A stretch of DNA of 64,000 nucleotides from Octopus vulgaris (Eukaryota): NCBI GenBank assembly GCA_951406725.2, contig OX597834.1:16926001-16990000 (forward strand), given 5' to 3'. The translations under genes and the position numbers were made by a program. The notes below the pieces were generated by a model, which saw only the letters and a list, made by a program, of their open reading frames with translations, was not told where the DNA came from and did no database searches. This document shows, piece after piece, positions 35,651-48,700 of the stretch (the first letter of the stretch is position 1; the number at the start of each line of letters is the position of its first letter).

Positions 35651-37387
35651 AGTAACCATCTCATTTATACTCTGATCCCTGTTCCTTGGGAGTACACCCG
35701 GCATTTTGCCACCATCTCCATCCTGAAGTTTCCCACTCTCTTGCACTTCCCTGAAGCTGGGCAACCATGTATTTTCTTAGCAGTATCACACCTGTTTCTG
35801 TCTTCATTCCTGATCTTCCTCTCTCTCTCTCTGGCCAGGTAACCTTGTACTTCTACAGCAAGACACCTGTATCTGTCTCACTATAACCTTTTTATTATCA
35901 TCTCCTCCAATGCCTCCCCTCTTAAATTTTTTTTCTTGCAAGTACTTGGTGCCCATATTAGTACAGTTCCCACTTAAAAGCACTCAGTCCACATTGTAAA
36001 GTGGTTGGTGTTCAGAAGGGTATCCAGCTGTAAAAACCTTGCCAAAACTAACCTTGCCTGTGCTTGGGCCATGTAAAAAGCACTACTCACCTCACCTGTT
36101 CTTGTGTCACATAAAAAGCACAAAGTCCATTCTGCTGAGTGGTTGACATTAGAAAGGGCATCCAGCTGTAAAAATCCTGCCAAAATAGTTGAAGTCTAGT
36201 GCAGGCTTCAGCCTGACCGGCTCTTGTGGTACCATCTCCCACCATGCATGGAACACATATGTAGGAAGTGAGATTGGCACTGGTTGGGTGCTTCACAATT
36301 CTTTACATAGTCATGGAAAGGAAAATAGCGGGAACAAGAATCTCCGAACAAATAACAATAATTTATTTCGCCGAAATAAGCATTTCATCTCTGGACATCG
36401 GTAGCCTGGACGCTGGGGATGAGTGGAAGCAGCAGAGTTGGTTTAAATCACAATTGTGAATGCATTCTTCATAGATTTACCGAAGTTGGGGTTTGCCTTC
36501 ACACAGAGCTGGTCTCGTTGGGTCTAGCTCGGTCGGCAGCAGAAGTGAAGAGAGAGAATAGCGGTCAAGCCTAGCTGCTGCTAATGATTGCACATGTGCA
36601 TAAGGGGCATCTGGCAGGCCTTCTGGAAGACTAACCCTTGCGCATGCGTGGATATAAATCCCAAAATGGCGTCTGGAACCAGGCTTCACTACACATACGT
36701 TAGATGATGATGATGATGACGATGATGATGATGATGATTGTAAAGATGGATGAACTGCCACTATGCATTTCACCCAGCATAGTAATGATTCTGCAATCTT
36801 GCTGCTTTTGGTTGCTTTAAATATTACATGCTTTTGCACACTGAAAACATATTTCTGTTTGAATATGTGCTGCTGAAATTGGGGTAGCTTTTATATGCCC
36901 ATGCATCTAATACACCATCAAGTACAGGACTCTGGGAATCCACCTGTGAATCTCCAAAATTGCAGAAGCATAAGTTTGAGTGAACAAAGACAGCAACTAG
37001 TTTGGATGAAAAATGTGAAACATGAAAAAAAACAGCAAAAAAAACAAAAACAAAAAAAACCGAAGTGGTCATGTTTTAAGTTTCCCATGGCTTCTGTGAT
37101 TCATGAATGACATGGAAAAAAGCAGCAGGTATTGAGCTGACAATGAAGGTCATGTTTATTATCATGATGATCAATCAGGTAGATATAAAGGACGCATTGT
37201 TTTAAGATATAGAACAAATTTATATTACTATGTCCTTAAAACACTGTTGTATAGGTCAAATAAACACACACACACACTCAAATACACACATACACATATT
37301 TTCATTAATATTTAGCAGGAGCAACAAAGTGACTCAAGGGCTGAGAGCTTTGTATGTTAGCTCTCATCAAACATTTGAAATTTTTGG

Positions 37388-37818
37388 CCCTTAATTACCA
37401 TATTTATTTTGAGATGCTCTGTGTTTCTTTCAATTAATTTTAAATATAACAAAGAATTTAGTTATCATTAACCCTTTCATTGCTGTATTCATTTTGAGAT
37501 GCTCTGTGTTTCTTTCAATTACTTTAAATATAATAAAGAATTTAGTGAAATAACTTAGTTATCATTCAGCTAGTGTCAGGAACATACATTGCAAATAAGA
37601 TTTGGTGGAAGATTTTAATTCAAAACTTATGAAAACAAGAAACTTGTACTCAGAGCCATAGCCGGTTTCAGCCGGGTTGGTAATGAAAGGGTTAAGCTAG
37701 TGTTAGGAACATAAATTGTGACTAAGGTTTGGTGGAATATTTTAATTGAGAACATTTGAAAACAAGACATTTGTACTCAGAGCCAGAGGCGGTTTCAGCC
37801 GGGTTGGTATCAAAAGGG
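37388..37818. mobile_element. piggyBac-type (TTAA) MITE family A containing a nested copy of itself (37472-37691)
   Basis: ttaa|ccctttcat...atgaaaggg|ttaa inside a second copy ending aaaaggg|ttaa; internal sequence is duplicated. Confidence 0.85.
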
Positions 37819-38319
37819 TTAAGTCCGTCTGTTGCTTCTGCTAAATTTTAATAAAAATATATAAATACTCATGTTTTAAGGTCTATTTTTCTTGTTTGCA
37901 TCACCAAACCTATTTGTGTGTGTGTGTGTGTGTTTGTGTTTGTCTGTGTGTGTGTGTGTGTTTGTCTGTGTGTGTGTATTTGTAGTACAACTGCTCAGAT
38001 AATGACCTCATTATTTTGTGTCATTATTTGGCTGGCATATTTATAAATGAACAAAACATGGACAAGAAGAATTTACTTATTCGTTGATTTTGCATTTCAA
38101 GGTGAGATGACGAAATCTGGCACAAAAACTGACTCCAGGCGCATGGCACATGTGTGTAAATTTGCAACAAGCATTTCATCACTTCTACATTAACCCTTTT
38201 GATACCATCTGGTCTGAACCCCACCCCAGCTCCACTACTGTTTCAGTACAAACTTCCAGGGATCTAAATTAAAAACTTTTTACCAAAATTTCTTGTTAAT
38301 TTATGTTCCAAAAACTTCC

Positions 38320-38705
38320 ACAGGAGTGACTGTGTGGTAAGTAGCTTGCTTACCAACCACATGGTTCCAGGTTCAGTCCCACTGCGTGGCACCTTGGGCA
38401 AGTGTCTTCTGCTATAGCCTCAGGCCGACCAATGCTTTGTGAGTGGATTTGGTAGATGGAAACTGAAAGAAGCCCGTCGTATATATGTATATATATATAT
38501 GTAAGTGTTTGTCCCCCTAGCATTGCTTGACAACCGATGCTGGTGTGTTTACATCCCCGTCACTTAGTGGTTCGGCAAAAGAGACCGATAGAATAAGTAC
38601 TGGGCTTACAAAGAATAAGTCCCGGGGTCAATTTGCTCAACTAAAGGCAGTCCTCCAGCATGGCCACAGTCAAATGACTGAAACAAGTAAAAGAGTAAAG
38701 AGTAA
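38320..38705 (+). mobile_element. SINE family 1
   Basis: Nearly identical to the 35238 and 42723 copies. Confidence 0.9.
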
Positions 38706-38884
38706 CCTTTAAGCATTAAGATTCCTGTCAAATGTAATTCTTGTTCATTCACATTGTTTTGAATTAATCATGGATTATCTCATAGCTTCGAGATGTCAAT
38801 GATGTGATTGTTTTATCCTCAGAATGACACTGTAAGGGAGGTGGGAAAGGCTGGATCCAATCAGTTTGAATATGAAACAGGTAG

Positions 38885-39232
38885 TATAATAATAATAATG
38901 AAATCAATGTGTATAGTGCTCAGGTGCACCACAACTCACCAAAGGTGCATGTACAGTTCATAGAATTATGTACAAAAGTCAGGAAAGTGAACAGTGTATA
39001 TGAGCCATGATATACGAGTGTGCATACATACAGAGGTGGTGGTGGTGTGATATCAAGTGTAGTGTTGGCAAATTTCAGGAAGCATGGAAGTTTTAAAGGA
39101 TGCAAGGATTTGGCAACTAACAACTGATTCAGGTAGTTTGTTCCATGCTTCAGCAACTCTGAGTGTGAAAAAATGTTTCTGAAAGTCATGGGAGCTGTGC
39201 TGTTTTCTGATTTTGTAGGCATGTCCACGTGT
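38885..39232 (-). mobile_element. CR1-clade LINE 3' fragment
   Basis: Minus frame reads TRGHAYKIRKQHSSHDFQKHFFTLRVAEAWNKLPESVVSCQILASFK (CR1 RT C-terminal TRGH..F..RV..WN.LP signature), with an (ATT)n tail. Confidence 0.85.
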
Positions 39233-39484
39233 TTTTAAATGCTAAAGGGTTAATAATGACAGTGTTTTACTAAATTCTTAATTGTAACGAAAACAGTATA
39301 TTTCAACTGAAATATCGTAACAAAATGGTTAAGTAGGAGGTGTTATATGCATTCTCCTCTGTCTTTTACAGAATGGTTAATATTTGAACCAGATCTCTAG
39401 TTCCCTGCCTGTTTAGTAATTTCTTAACCCTTTTCATACCATCCTGCATTCGGTTCTATGATACAAACTTCCTAAGTTAAAACC

Positions 39485-39822
39485 TATCTATCAATCTATC
39501 CGCTCAGTCGAAGTCGACTCTCGGTTACTCGATGGATCAGTGTCCTCCACTCAGGTCTATCCTGGGCCGCTTCTTTCAGATTGGCTATGTCCATTCCGGT
39601 ATCACTCTTGATGGTATCAAGCCAGCGGGTTCTTGGTCGGCCTCTTCCTCTCTTGCCACTGACCATTCCGAGCATGATGTTCTTCTCCAGGGATTTTCTC
39701 CGCATAATATGACCAAAATATGCCAATCTATTCTTGGTGATCCTAGCTTCTAGCGACATTTTCGGCCTGATCTGCTTAAGAACTTCTCCATTGGTGAGCC
39801 TCGCTGTCCATGGAATCCGTAA
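39485..39822 (-). mobile_element. RTE-clade LINE 3' fragment with 11-bp TSD
   Basis: Peptide IPWTARLTNGEVL...LAYFGHIMRRKSLEKNIMLGMVSGKRGRGRPRTRWLD. TSD aagttaaaacc at 39474-39484 and 39823-39833. Confidence 0.92.
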
Positions 39823-39931
39823 AAGTTAAAACCATTCATCAAAATTTATGTTCCAAACATCAGATTAATAACGATATATTTATTTATTTTACTAAATTCT
39901 TCATTATTTTCAAAATTTATTCAAAGGTGGT

Positions 39932-40107
39932 GTACAAAGGAGAGCTGAAAAGTTCCTGGCTTTGCGTAAAAGAAAATGCAAGAGTATCGGTAAATTATGA
40001 TTTTATTCAACATATTCTCTTCCTGGAGCCACACACTTATTGCAGCGGTCCTTCAGTTCTTCTAAGTCCAATAAAAGAACTTGACCTTTTGCAATACCCT
40101 GAAAGCT
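39932..40107. mobile_element. Mariner-like MITE fragment (related copy ~49091-49270)
   Basis: tacaaaggagagctgaaaagttcctggcttt terminus, with matching downstream sequence in both copies. Confidence 0.55.
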
Positions 40108-40109
40108 AG

Positions 40110-41287
40110 GGAGTGGAAGTGTCCCTGGTCTTTTGCATATAGCCATCTAAGAACATCCAGCAGGTAATTCCCATTAGGAAAACGCAGTACATGTGAGCCT
40201 TTTCAGAAATTAATTTTCCCTGATGAAGGAGGCAGTGTCCAAAAATGGAAGTAAATATCTTTTTTATAACTGGACAACCAGACCCCCAGAAACGGTTGTA
40301 AGATTATTAACTGGATTAGTAACACCCAAACTTATAGACTCTTAACTCTTTTTATGACTTCATTTTATAATTTGTAAGTTGACCTACATATCTATTTCTC
40401 TATATATAGTTGACCTATATATCTTTTTTTCAATATATTTATAATGTATATTCTTTTATTATTTTATTTTCTACTTGTTTCAGTCATTTGACTGTGGCTA
40501 TGCTGGAGCACCACCTTTAGTCAAACAAATCAACCCCAGGACTTATTCTATCAGTCTCTTTTGCCAAACTGTTATGCTATGGGGACGTAAACACACCAAC
40601 ATTGGCTATCATGTGATGGTAGAGGGACAAACACAAACACACACAAATATATATATATGGGGAGAGTTTACGAAAAAAACAAAAGACGAAGACAGATGGT
40701 GTAGAAAACAAACAGATGTATTAGTATAACACTCAGGAATAGAAAAAGTCTTTTACGTTTCGAGCCTACGCTCTTCTACAGAAAGGGACACAGAAAAAAC
40801 AAGGAGAGAAAAAAATGTGTGTAGTGCCTATATATATATATAGTCAATCCAAACATGAACAAGCAAGAAAAAAACAACAATATGAGGACGTGGAATAAGT
40901 ACAGTGTTATTGGACGCTCAGGAAAGGAAAGAAAAGGAAAGAGAAGAAAGAGGATTTCATGTTTTGAGCGGAGCTCTTTGTCAGAAATATAGAAAAAGTC
41001 CAAAGAAGGGAAGACGGAGAAAGAAAATCACCAACAATACACACGTGGCCACATATCGAAAATAGTTTAATTACACAAAACCCAAATGAAATCAGCACTA
41101 CACTGAAAACTTTCCATACCAACTCATCATTGAAGGAACCTCATACACCACCCAACACACAGACTGATCGCACTTCAACTCCAGCACAACACATTAAATA
41201 CCATATCAACACTACCTGGACCAAGAAACTACACAACAGAAAACTTCTCTTCTGGAACATGCTTAAAAACCACAACAAAGCTGAAAT

Positions 41288-41331
<44 letters not shown>

Positions 41332-41733
41332 ACCGTACATATCTCTATGAGATATTTAGAAATTTAATATTTATATATATATATATATATATGTCAAAGT
41401 GAAATGGAATTTAATTAAAATTAAAACATTCAATCAAAATTTACATTTCCAGTGGTCTAACGTGCAAAAAAAATTAGTCAAGAAGACTATATATTAGTCA
41501 TACGATATAGTGTATATTTAAACACATACGGAATCCACATATAGGGAATTCAACAAGCTAGAGAGAACAGCTAGGTCCTGTAAACCACAAAAATAACGGA
41601 TAAAATTCGACAGGAATAAATTTGGAAATGAAAAACATTTACCATCTTACAGAACCTAGTTGTTCTCTCTAGCGTGTTGAATTCCCTATATGTGGATTCC
41701 GTATGTGTTTAAATATACACTATATTATATGAG

Positions 41734-41774
<41 letters not shown>

Positions 41775-42060
41775 TGCATCTAAGGACTTATGGACTTATT
41801 TCTACAAGATCAGAAAGTTGAACTGTGAACTTTTATGCTTCTTTTTTCTTCTCTTTCTTCATATCCTTATTCCTTTACTCCCGTCCTCTATGTCATCATT
41901 TTGTCAATCTATAGCCTACTCATTTTCCCTATTTGTCTCTGATGACAGACTATCCCAGAAACAGCTGTAAGACTTTGAATTTTTTTCCAATAATAATAAT
42001 AATAATGTATATGACTTGAATTGTTAGTCTTGCCTTAATGTTTGTTGTCCTCTTTAACAA
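40110..42060. mobile_element. Cluster of Penelope-like element remnants (hammerhead-like motifs, inverted palindromic ends, TA-microsatellite boundaries)
   Basis: CTGANGA...GAAAC motifs near 40220, 40755-40782 (-), 40961-40985 (-) and 41935. Palindrome 41487-41742. Confidence 0.55.
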
Positions 42061-42111
42061 TTATATATATGCGTGCGTGTATTTGTGTATATATGCACAT
42101 ATATATATATT

Positions 42112-42445
42112 TTACGGATTCCATGGACAGCGAGGCTCACCAATGGAGAAGTTCTTAACCAGATCAAGCCGAAACTGTTGCTGGAAGCTTGGATCACCAA
42201 GCATAGTTTGGCATATTTTGGTCATATTATGCGGAGAAAATCCCTGGAGAAGGACATCATGCTCGGAATGGTCAGTGGCAAGAGAGGAAGAGGCCGACCA
42301 AGAACCCGCTGGCTTGACACCAATCAAGAGTGATACCGGAATGGACATAGCCAATCTGAAAGAAGCGGCCCAGGATAGAACTGACTGGAGGACACTGATC
42401 CAACGAGTAACCGAGAATCGACTTCGACTAAGCGGATAGAGAGAG
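42112..42445 (+). mobile_element. RTE-clade LINE 3' fragment (frameshifted)
   Basis: About 95% identical by eye to the 39485-39822 copy, in the opposite orientation. Confidence 0.92.
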
Positions 42446-42722
42446 TGTATCATCATCATCCATCATTTTGAATCTGGGTTTTGTTTTTGGTGGTGGCCAG
42501 ATTTTCCTCAATGCCATAGCAACTGCCTTGATCAATAAGTATCTGAACTGTTGTCATAGCAAAGAAGCTAAAGGACACAGAGTGAAGCCACTTGGCACAG
42601 ATTGACCTTGAACTCTGCTGTGCATGCACACTAAGTTTTAACAGTCTAGCTCACTTCCACTGTTTTAGCTTTGTTACTACGGCAACAGTTTGGATACTTG
42701 CTGATCAGACCTCATATGTATA

Positions 42723-43110
42723 GGCGAAGGAGTGGCTGTGTGGTAAGTAGCTTGTTTACCAACCACGTGGTTCCAGGTTCAGTCCCACTGCGTGGCACCT
42801 TGGACAAGTGTCTTCTACTATAGCCTCGGGCCGACCAAAGCCTTGTGAGTGGATTTGGTAGACGGAAACTGAAAGAAGCCCATTGTATATATGTATGTGT
42901 ATATGTTTGTGTGTCGGTGTTTGTCCTCCCAACATTGCTTGACAACCGATGATGGTGTGTTTACGTCCCCGTAACTTAGCGGTTCAGCAAAAGAGACCAA
43001 GAGAATAAGTACTAGGCTTACAAAGAATAAGTCCTGGGGTTGATTTACTCGACTAAAAGGTGGTGCTCCAGCATGGCCACACTCAAATGATTGAAACAAG
43101 TAAAAGAGCA
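42723..43110 (+). mobile_element. SINE family 1, immediately followed by an inverted partial copy (43135-43290)
   Basis: Same head, body and tail as the 35238 copy. Confidence 0.9.
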
Positions 43111-44708
43111 TGTATATATAATATATACATGCGACAGGCTTTTTTTCAGTTTCTGTTTACCAAATCCACTCACAAGGCTTTGGCCAAATTGAGGTTTTAT
43201 AATAGAGGACACTTGCTCAAGTTGCTATGCAGTGGGACTGAACCTGGATCCATGTGATTGGGATGCAAGCTTCTTACCACATAGCCACTCACTCAATTAT
43301 AAATCAAGTAAAAGTGGCAAGCAGGCAAAAAGCAATGCTTAGTGGCGTTTCTTCTGACTCTTTATGTTCTGGGTTCAAACTCTGCCAGCTTTGACTTTCC
43401 CGTTCGTCCTCTCGGGGGCAGATAAAATAAGCACCAATTGATCACTAGTGTCAATGCAATTGATTTGCCCCTTCCCTTTCAGTTGTAGGCCTTGTAATGA
43501 AATTTTGAAACCATCATAAATTAAGTAGTTGTAATATTTGAGATGACTCTATTCATAATCATTTATGAGTAATTAGGAAGATTATCCTATAATCAGATTA
43601 AACCCGTGACTTAACAATCAAAGTATTAGAGAAAACTGGATTATACTGGTATCTTTGATTAGGCATGAAGTTAATTTTTGTAGCAAGGAGTAAATGGCAT
43701 TCATCCATTCCATTGTTTCCAAACAAGGTGAGATGGAATGGTAATAATCCTAGCCAGGACTGATTCAAGTTACTTGTGTAATCCTTGTACCTACCAAAGG
43801 GCTTGAGCTGGCAGAAACGTGAGGACGCCGGGCGAAATGCTTAGCGGTATTCATCTGTCTTTACATTCTGAGTTCAAATTCCACCGAGGTTGACTTTGCC
43901 TTTCATCCTCTTAGGGTCGATAAATTAAGTACCAGTTACGTACTGGTGTCGATGTAATCGACTCAATCCGTTTGTTTGTCCTCTCTGTGTTTAGCCCCTT
44001 GTGGGTAGTAAAAAAATAGGTATTTCGTCTGCCATTACGTTCTGAGTTTTTTTATTTTGTCCCATTTGAATGTCCATTTACCTTCAGTCTTGTAAGAATT
44101 ACATATCTTGCGCCTACATAATAAACCATTTGAGTAAGCAAACCTGACACTAAACGTGAACAGTGATTAAATCTCGCTGCTAACACAGAGAGTTATAAAG
44201 CCTTTAATTGGTAGTATATTATAGTTGCGTAACAAAATATGGTGTCCCTATCAGTGGTTAATATGTAGGTAGCACTTTGTAAAGTGGCTAGTGTAAGGAA
44301 GGGCATCCAGTCATAAAACCTATGCCAAAACAGACACAGTAGCCTGGTGTAGTCACCTACCTGGCTGGCTCCTGTCAAACTATCCAACCCATGCCAGCAT
44401 GGAAGATGAACATTAAATCATGATGATGATGTACCAGTTGCCAGGAATTTGTTTAATATGTAAAATTGGTACATCCAATTGTGTCACACAGCTAAACTTA
44501 GAAGCAATTTAAGTAATTTGTTCATGGATGGTTAATGGAGAAAATAAGGTACTGAAGAGAATGCAACAACTCCTGAAACATTCATATACACACATTACCT
44601 ATTTTTCTATATTTGATCACATAGATGTAATTTATATATGAAACATTGTAACCTTCAACGCTGGCCCTAATTTCCATAGACAATCTATACAGATAACTTT
44701 AAAACTTA

Positions 44709-44740
<32 letters not shown>

Positions 44741-45459
44741 TCCTTTCTACTATAGGCACAAGGCCTGAAATTTGGGGGAGGGGATAAGTCAATTACATTG
44801 ACCTCCCCCCCAGTATTCAACTGGTACTTATTTTATCAACTCTGAAAAGATGAAAGGCAAAGTCACCCCCAGCAGAATTTGAACTCGGAACATAAAGACA
44901 GGCGAAATGCCACTAATGGTTTTTTTGTTGTGCCCAAAGCCCAAACTCATAGCTTTCAAATGTTAGACATCTTAAATGTGAAATGGCTCATGCTGTAAAC
45001 AGGTTAGTGTTCTATTAGTTTACAGATAAAAAAAGAAACATGGTTTGGCCACCAACAGTTATACCATTCTGATTAGTACAGGTAAAAATCTTAACCTTAT
45101 CTTGAGTGGGTGATTATAAAATTAGGCTAACAATAAAGCATTAGGTCTAGTGTTAACATCTCTGATGTTAACAAGTGTACTTTGATCAAGGCCGATCCAA
45201 ACCTGTTCTACTCTCACTTCACTAATATAACAATTGTTGACTGAAGACCTTATAGTAAAATATATTTTATATTGCGTGAGTATTTATATTTACTGGCGTT
45301 GCATTTTAAATAAAGTCACAAAACCTTTCAATAAAAGAAACAATTTCTAATGAGTCCTCAGGGTTGAAGTGACTGACTGGAAATTGGAAGTCAATGCCAT
45401 AGTCCAATCTCTGAAACTAGTAAACTTCTATAATAAACTTTGTTTTGTGTGTGTATATA

Positions 45460-45700
45460 TATAATACAGTGTACATTTAAACACATTAAGAGGTTGCCAT
45501 CATAGGAAACCTTTACGTTAGAAAGAACAGCTAAAGTCTGAACCACTTTAACTGGTTTGGACTTTAGCTGTTATATCTAGCGTAAAGGATTCCTATGATA
45601 GAAACCTCTTAGTGAGTTTAAATGCACACTATATTTTCTATGAATAATATATAGTCTATTGAATAATTTTCCTATACGCTAGGCCACTGGTAGTAAAAAT
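45460..45700. repeat. Palindrome of the same family as 41487-41742
   Basis: agtgtacatttaaacacattaagagg...cagctaaagtc / gactttagctg...cctcttagtgagtttaaatgcacact. Confidence 0.75.
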
Positions 45701-48700
45701 TTTTATCATTACCCTGATATTATTAATTATATATATATATATTTTTTCTCTCTAGTTTCAACTCAGAGCTGTGGCCATGCTGACGCACCACCATTTATAT
45801 ATATATATTCTTTTACTTGTTTTAGTCAAACAAATTGATGCCAGGATTATTTTTTAAGCTTGGTTCTTATTCTATCAGTCTCTTTGCCAAGCCGCTAAGT
45901 TACGGGGGACATAAGCACACAAACACTGGTTGTCAAGCAGTGGGGCACAAGCACAACCATATATGTACATGTGTGTTTCAGTTTCATCTACCAAATCCAT
46001 TCATGAAGCCTTGGTCGGCCCGAGACTATGGAAGACACTTACCAAAGATCCTTATCACACAGCCATGCCTGCATCTATATAATACTCATCCTTTCTGCTA
46101 TAGGCACAAGGCCTGAAACTTGTGGCGAGGAGGTAAGGCAATTACATTGATCCCAGTACTCAACTGGTACTTATTTTATCAACCCCGAAAGGATAAAAGG
46201 TGAGGTCATCCCCAGCAGAATATGAACTCAGAACATAAAGGCAGCCGAACTGCCGCTAAGCATTTCACTTGGTGTGCTAACAATTCTGCCAGCTCACTGT
46301 GTTAAAAAATAATAATGTTCATCTTGCTATTGTTGACAACGACCAAAGACTTCACATGGGAGATGGCTCACAGTGTGCTCGGTTGTGGCTGATCAATCCA
46401 ATGCACACTTGGAAGGTTCTGCCACAGGTCAGGCATTGGCAGTTTGCTGGAAATGACTGCAAAGGACAATGTACTTTATGTATATTGTTTATATTAGTTG
46501 GACAGGTGGCCCTTTACATTTCAGCTGTTTATACTCTAGCCTTCTTCAGGTGTCTTATGTTGAACTCAGTTGTCAAATCAGAATTTCAATCCCAACACCT
46601 TCGATTCACACAGTACACTTTTTGCGTTTTGTGAGATTTTTGTTTCAGCTGGTTGTTTTGCAAATTACTTGGACTTGCCTAGGATTGAACTCAAAATCTC
46701 TAGACGACTGCACTGCACTAATCAACAACCAAGAGGACACCGGTCCAACTAATATATACAATATAGACAGTGGCCATACTGGGGTACCACTCGAAGAATT
46801 TTTAGTTGAATGAACCAACCCTGGAACTTACCATCAAGTGATGCTGGGGGACAAATACAGAGACACACACATATGGCGGACTTCTTTCAGACACCATCTA
46901 CCAAATCCATTTGAAGGTGCCACACAATGGGACTGAACATGGAACCATGCTGTTGGGAAGCAAGCTTGTTACTGCACAACCATGGCTGCACCTACCACAG
47001 TTTTCTTCAAGTAAAGGTACAGACTCCTTCGGTCACAAATGACCACAAGATTGCATGTAGAAAGTTACCCTCCGAGGCACAAGTCCGGACAAGGCTGTTT
47101 TGGGGAGACCAGCAGTCGTCCATGCATTTCAGCCTCCCCTCTCCACACTGTCAATGTTGTCCAAAGGCCGATACAGCTTGGCACAACTCATTTCTACAGC
47201 TGAGTAAACTCGAGCAACATGAAATAAACTAAAGAACACAACACACAGCCCAGTCCAGGAATGGAACTCAAAACTTCACAAATGCAACCCTGATGCTCTA
47301 TCCACATTAAGCATGATATACTGCTTTCATCACTAATAACGAAGTAGTATTTTATTTAATAATTATCAAAGAGTCAATATTCAACTGTAGACATTTCACA
47401 CTTGGAAGGTTGTCAACTAATGAAGGTTCTTTTATTTACTCTTTATATTAAATGGCAAACATGGTGTACACATGACCATTCCTAATCCTATTGTTAGTAA
47501 CTAACAATGAGACAATTGTCAAATATCCAATATTACATTACACTATGCAACAAAAGAAAGACCGTTCAGAATAAGTGTCAAAAAGTTAAGCTAATTCCTT
47601 AGTGAAAAAAATACAACAAATTTAGCAATTAGTACAATATATAACAAAAAAGTCCTTGTTTATCTTTAAGTCTAATAATTCATGTTTGTTGCAATTGTAA
47701 TAGAAAGATAGTCCTGGCTCAAATATGTCTCAAAAAAAAAAATTTTTTTTTTTGTTTTAGTCATTAGACTGTGGCTATGCTGGGCCCATTGCCTTGAAGA
47801 GACCTTTAGCTGAACAAAGTGACCCCAGTATTTATCTTTTTAAGCTTAGTACATATTCTATCAATCTCTTTTGCTGAAATGCTAAGTTACAGGGACAGAA
47901 ACAAACACTGTTTATCAAGCAGTGGCGAGGAACAAAGACACTACACATACACAAGAGGCTTCTTTCAGTTTCCATGTACCAAATCCACACACAAGGCTTT
48001 GGTCAGCCTGAGGTGAAAATAGAAGACATTTACTCAAGGTGCCACACAGTGGGACTGAATCTGACACCATATGGTTGGGAAGCAAACTTCTTAGCACGCA
48101 AATCATGGGTTTACACCTATGACCATGAAACCAAGGCCCAGTTTTTGCAGTAGAAGACCGCAAGGTTTCAAGGATATCCAAGAGAACGTAATGAGATAGT
48201 GGCTCACTATTTAAAAAAATGAGTCCAGGAATGCTTTCATCAGTGGAAATGATGCTGGATAAAGTTTGACTTCAGAAGGGAACTACTTCCAAAGAGTTTA
48301 ACCTTTCCGTTACCACATTTCAGTTGAGATACTGTGTTTATTTCATTTTAAATATAACAAAGAATTCAGTAAAATAACTTTTGTTATTAAGCTAATATCA
48401 GGAACATAAATTAAGACTAAGTTCAGGTGGAAGATTTTAATTCAGAACATTTGAAAATATGCCATTTGTAAAACAGAGCCAGGGGCAGTCTGCTATGTAT
48501 TGTTTCCTTTTTATAGAACCAGTCCCAAAACTTTTTGATGAGACCTTGTACACACAAAGATCCACTACCAAACGTCTCAGTTTTCCCACCATTAGAACAC
48601 AAAACATGAGAATATCAAAGAACACTTTCTTGATACTGTCAACTGGATTGAAAAGATTGCTACGTATATTGCCAGAGCACAGACCAGCATTTATTTCTAC

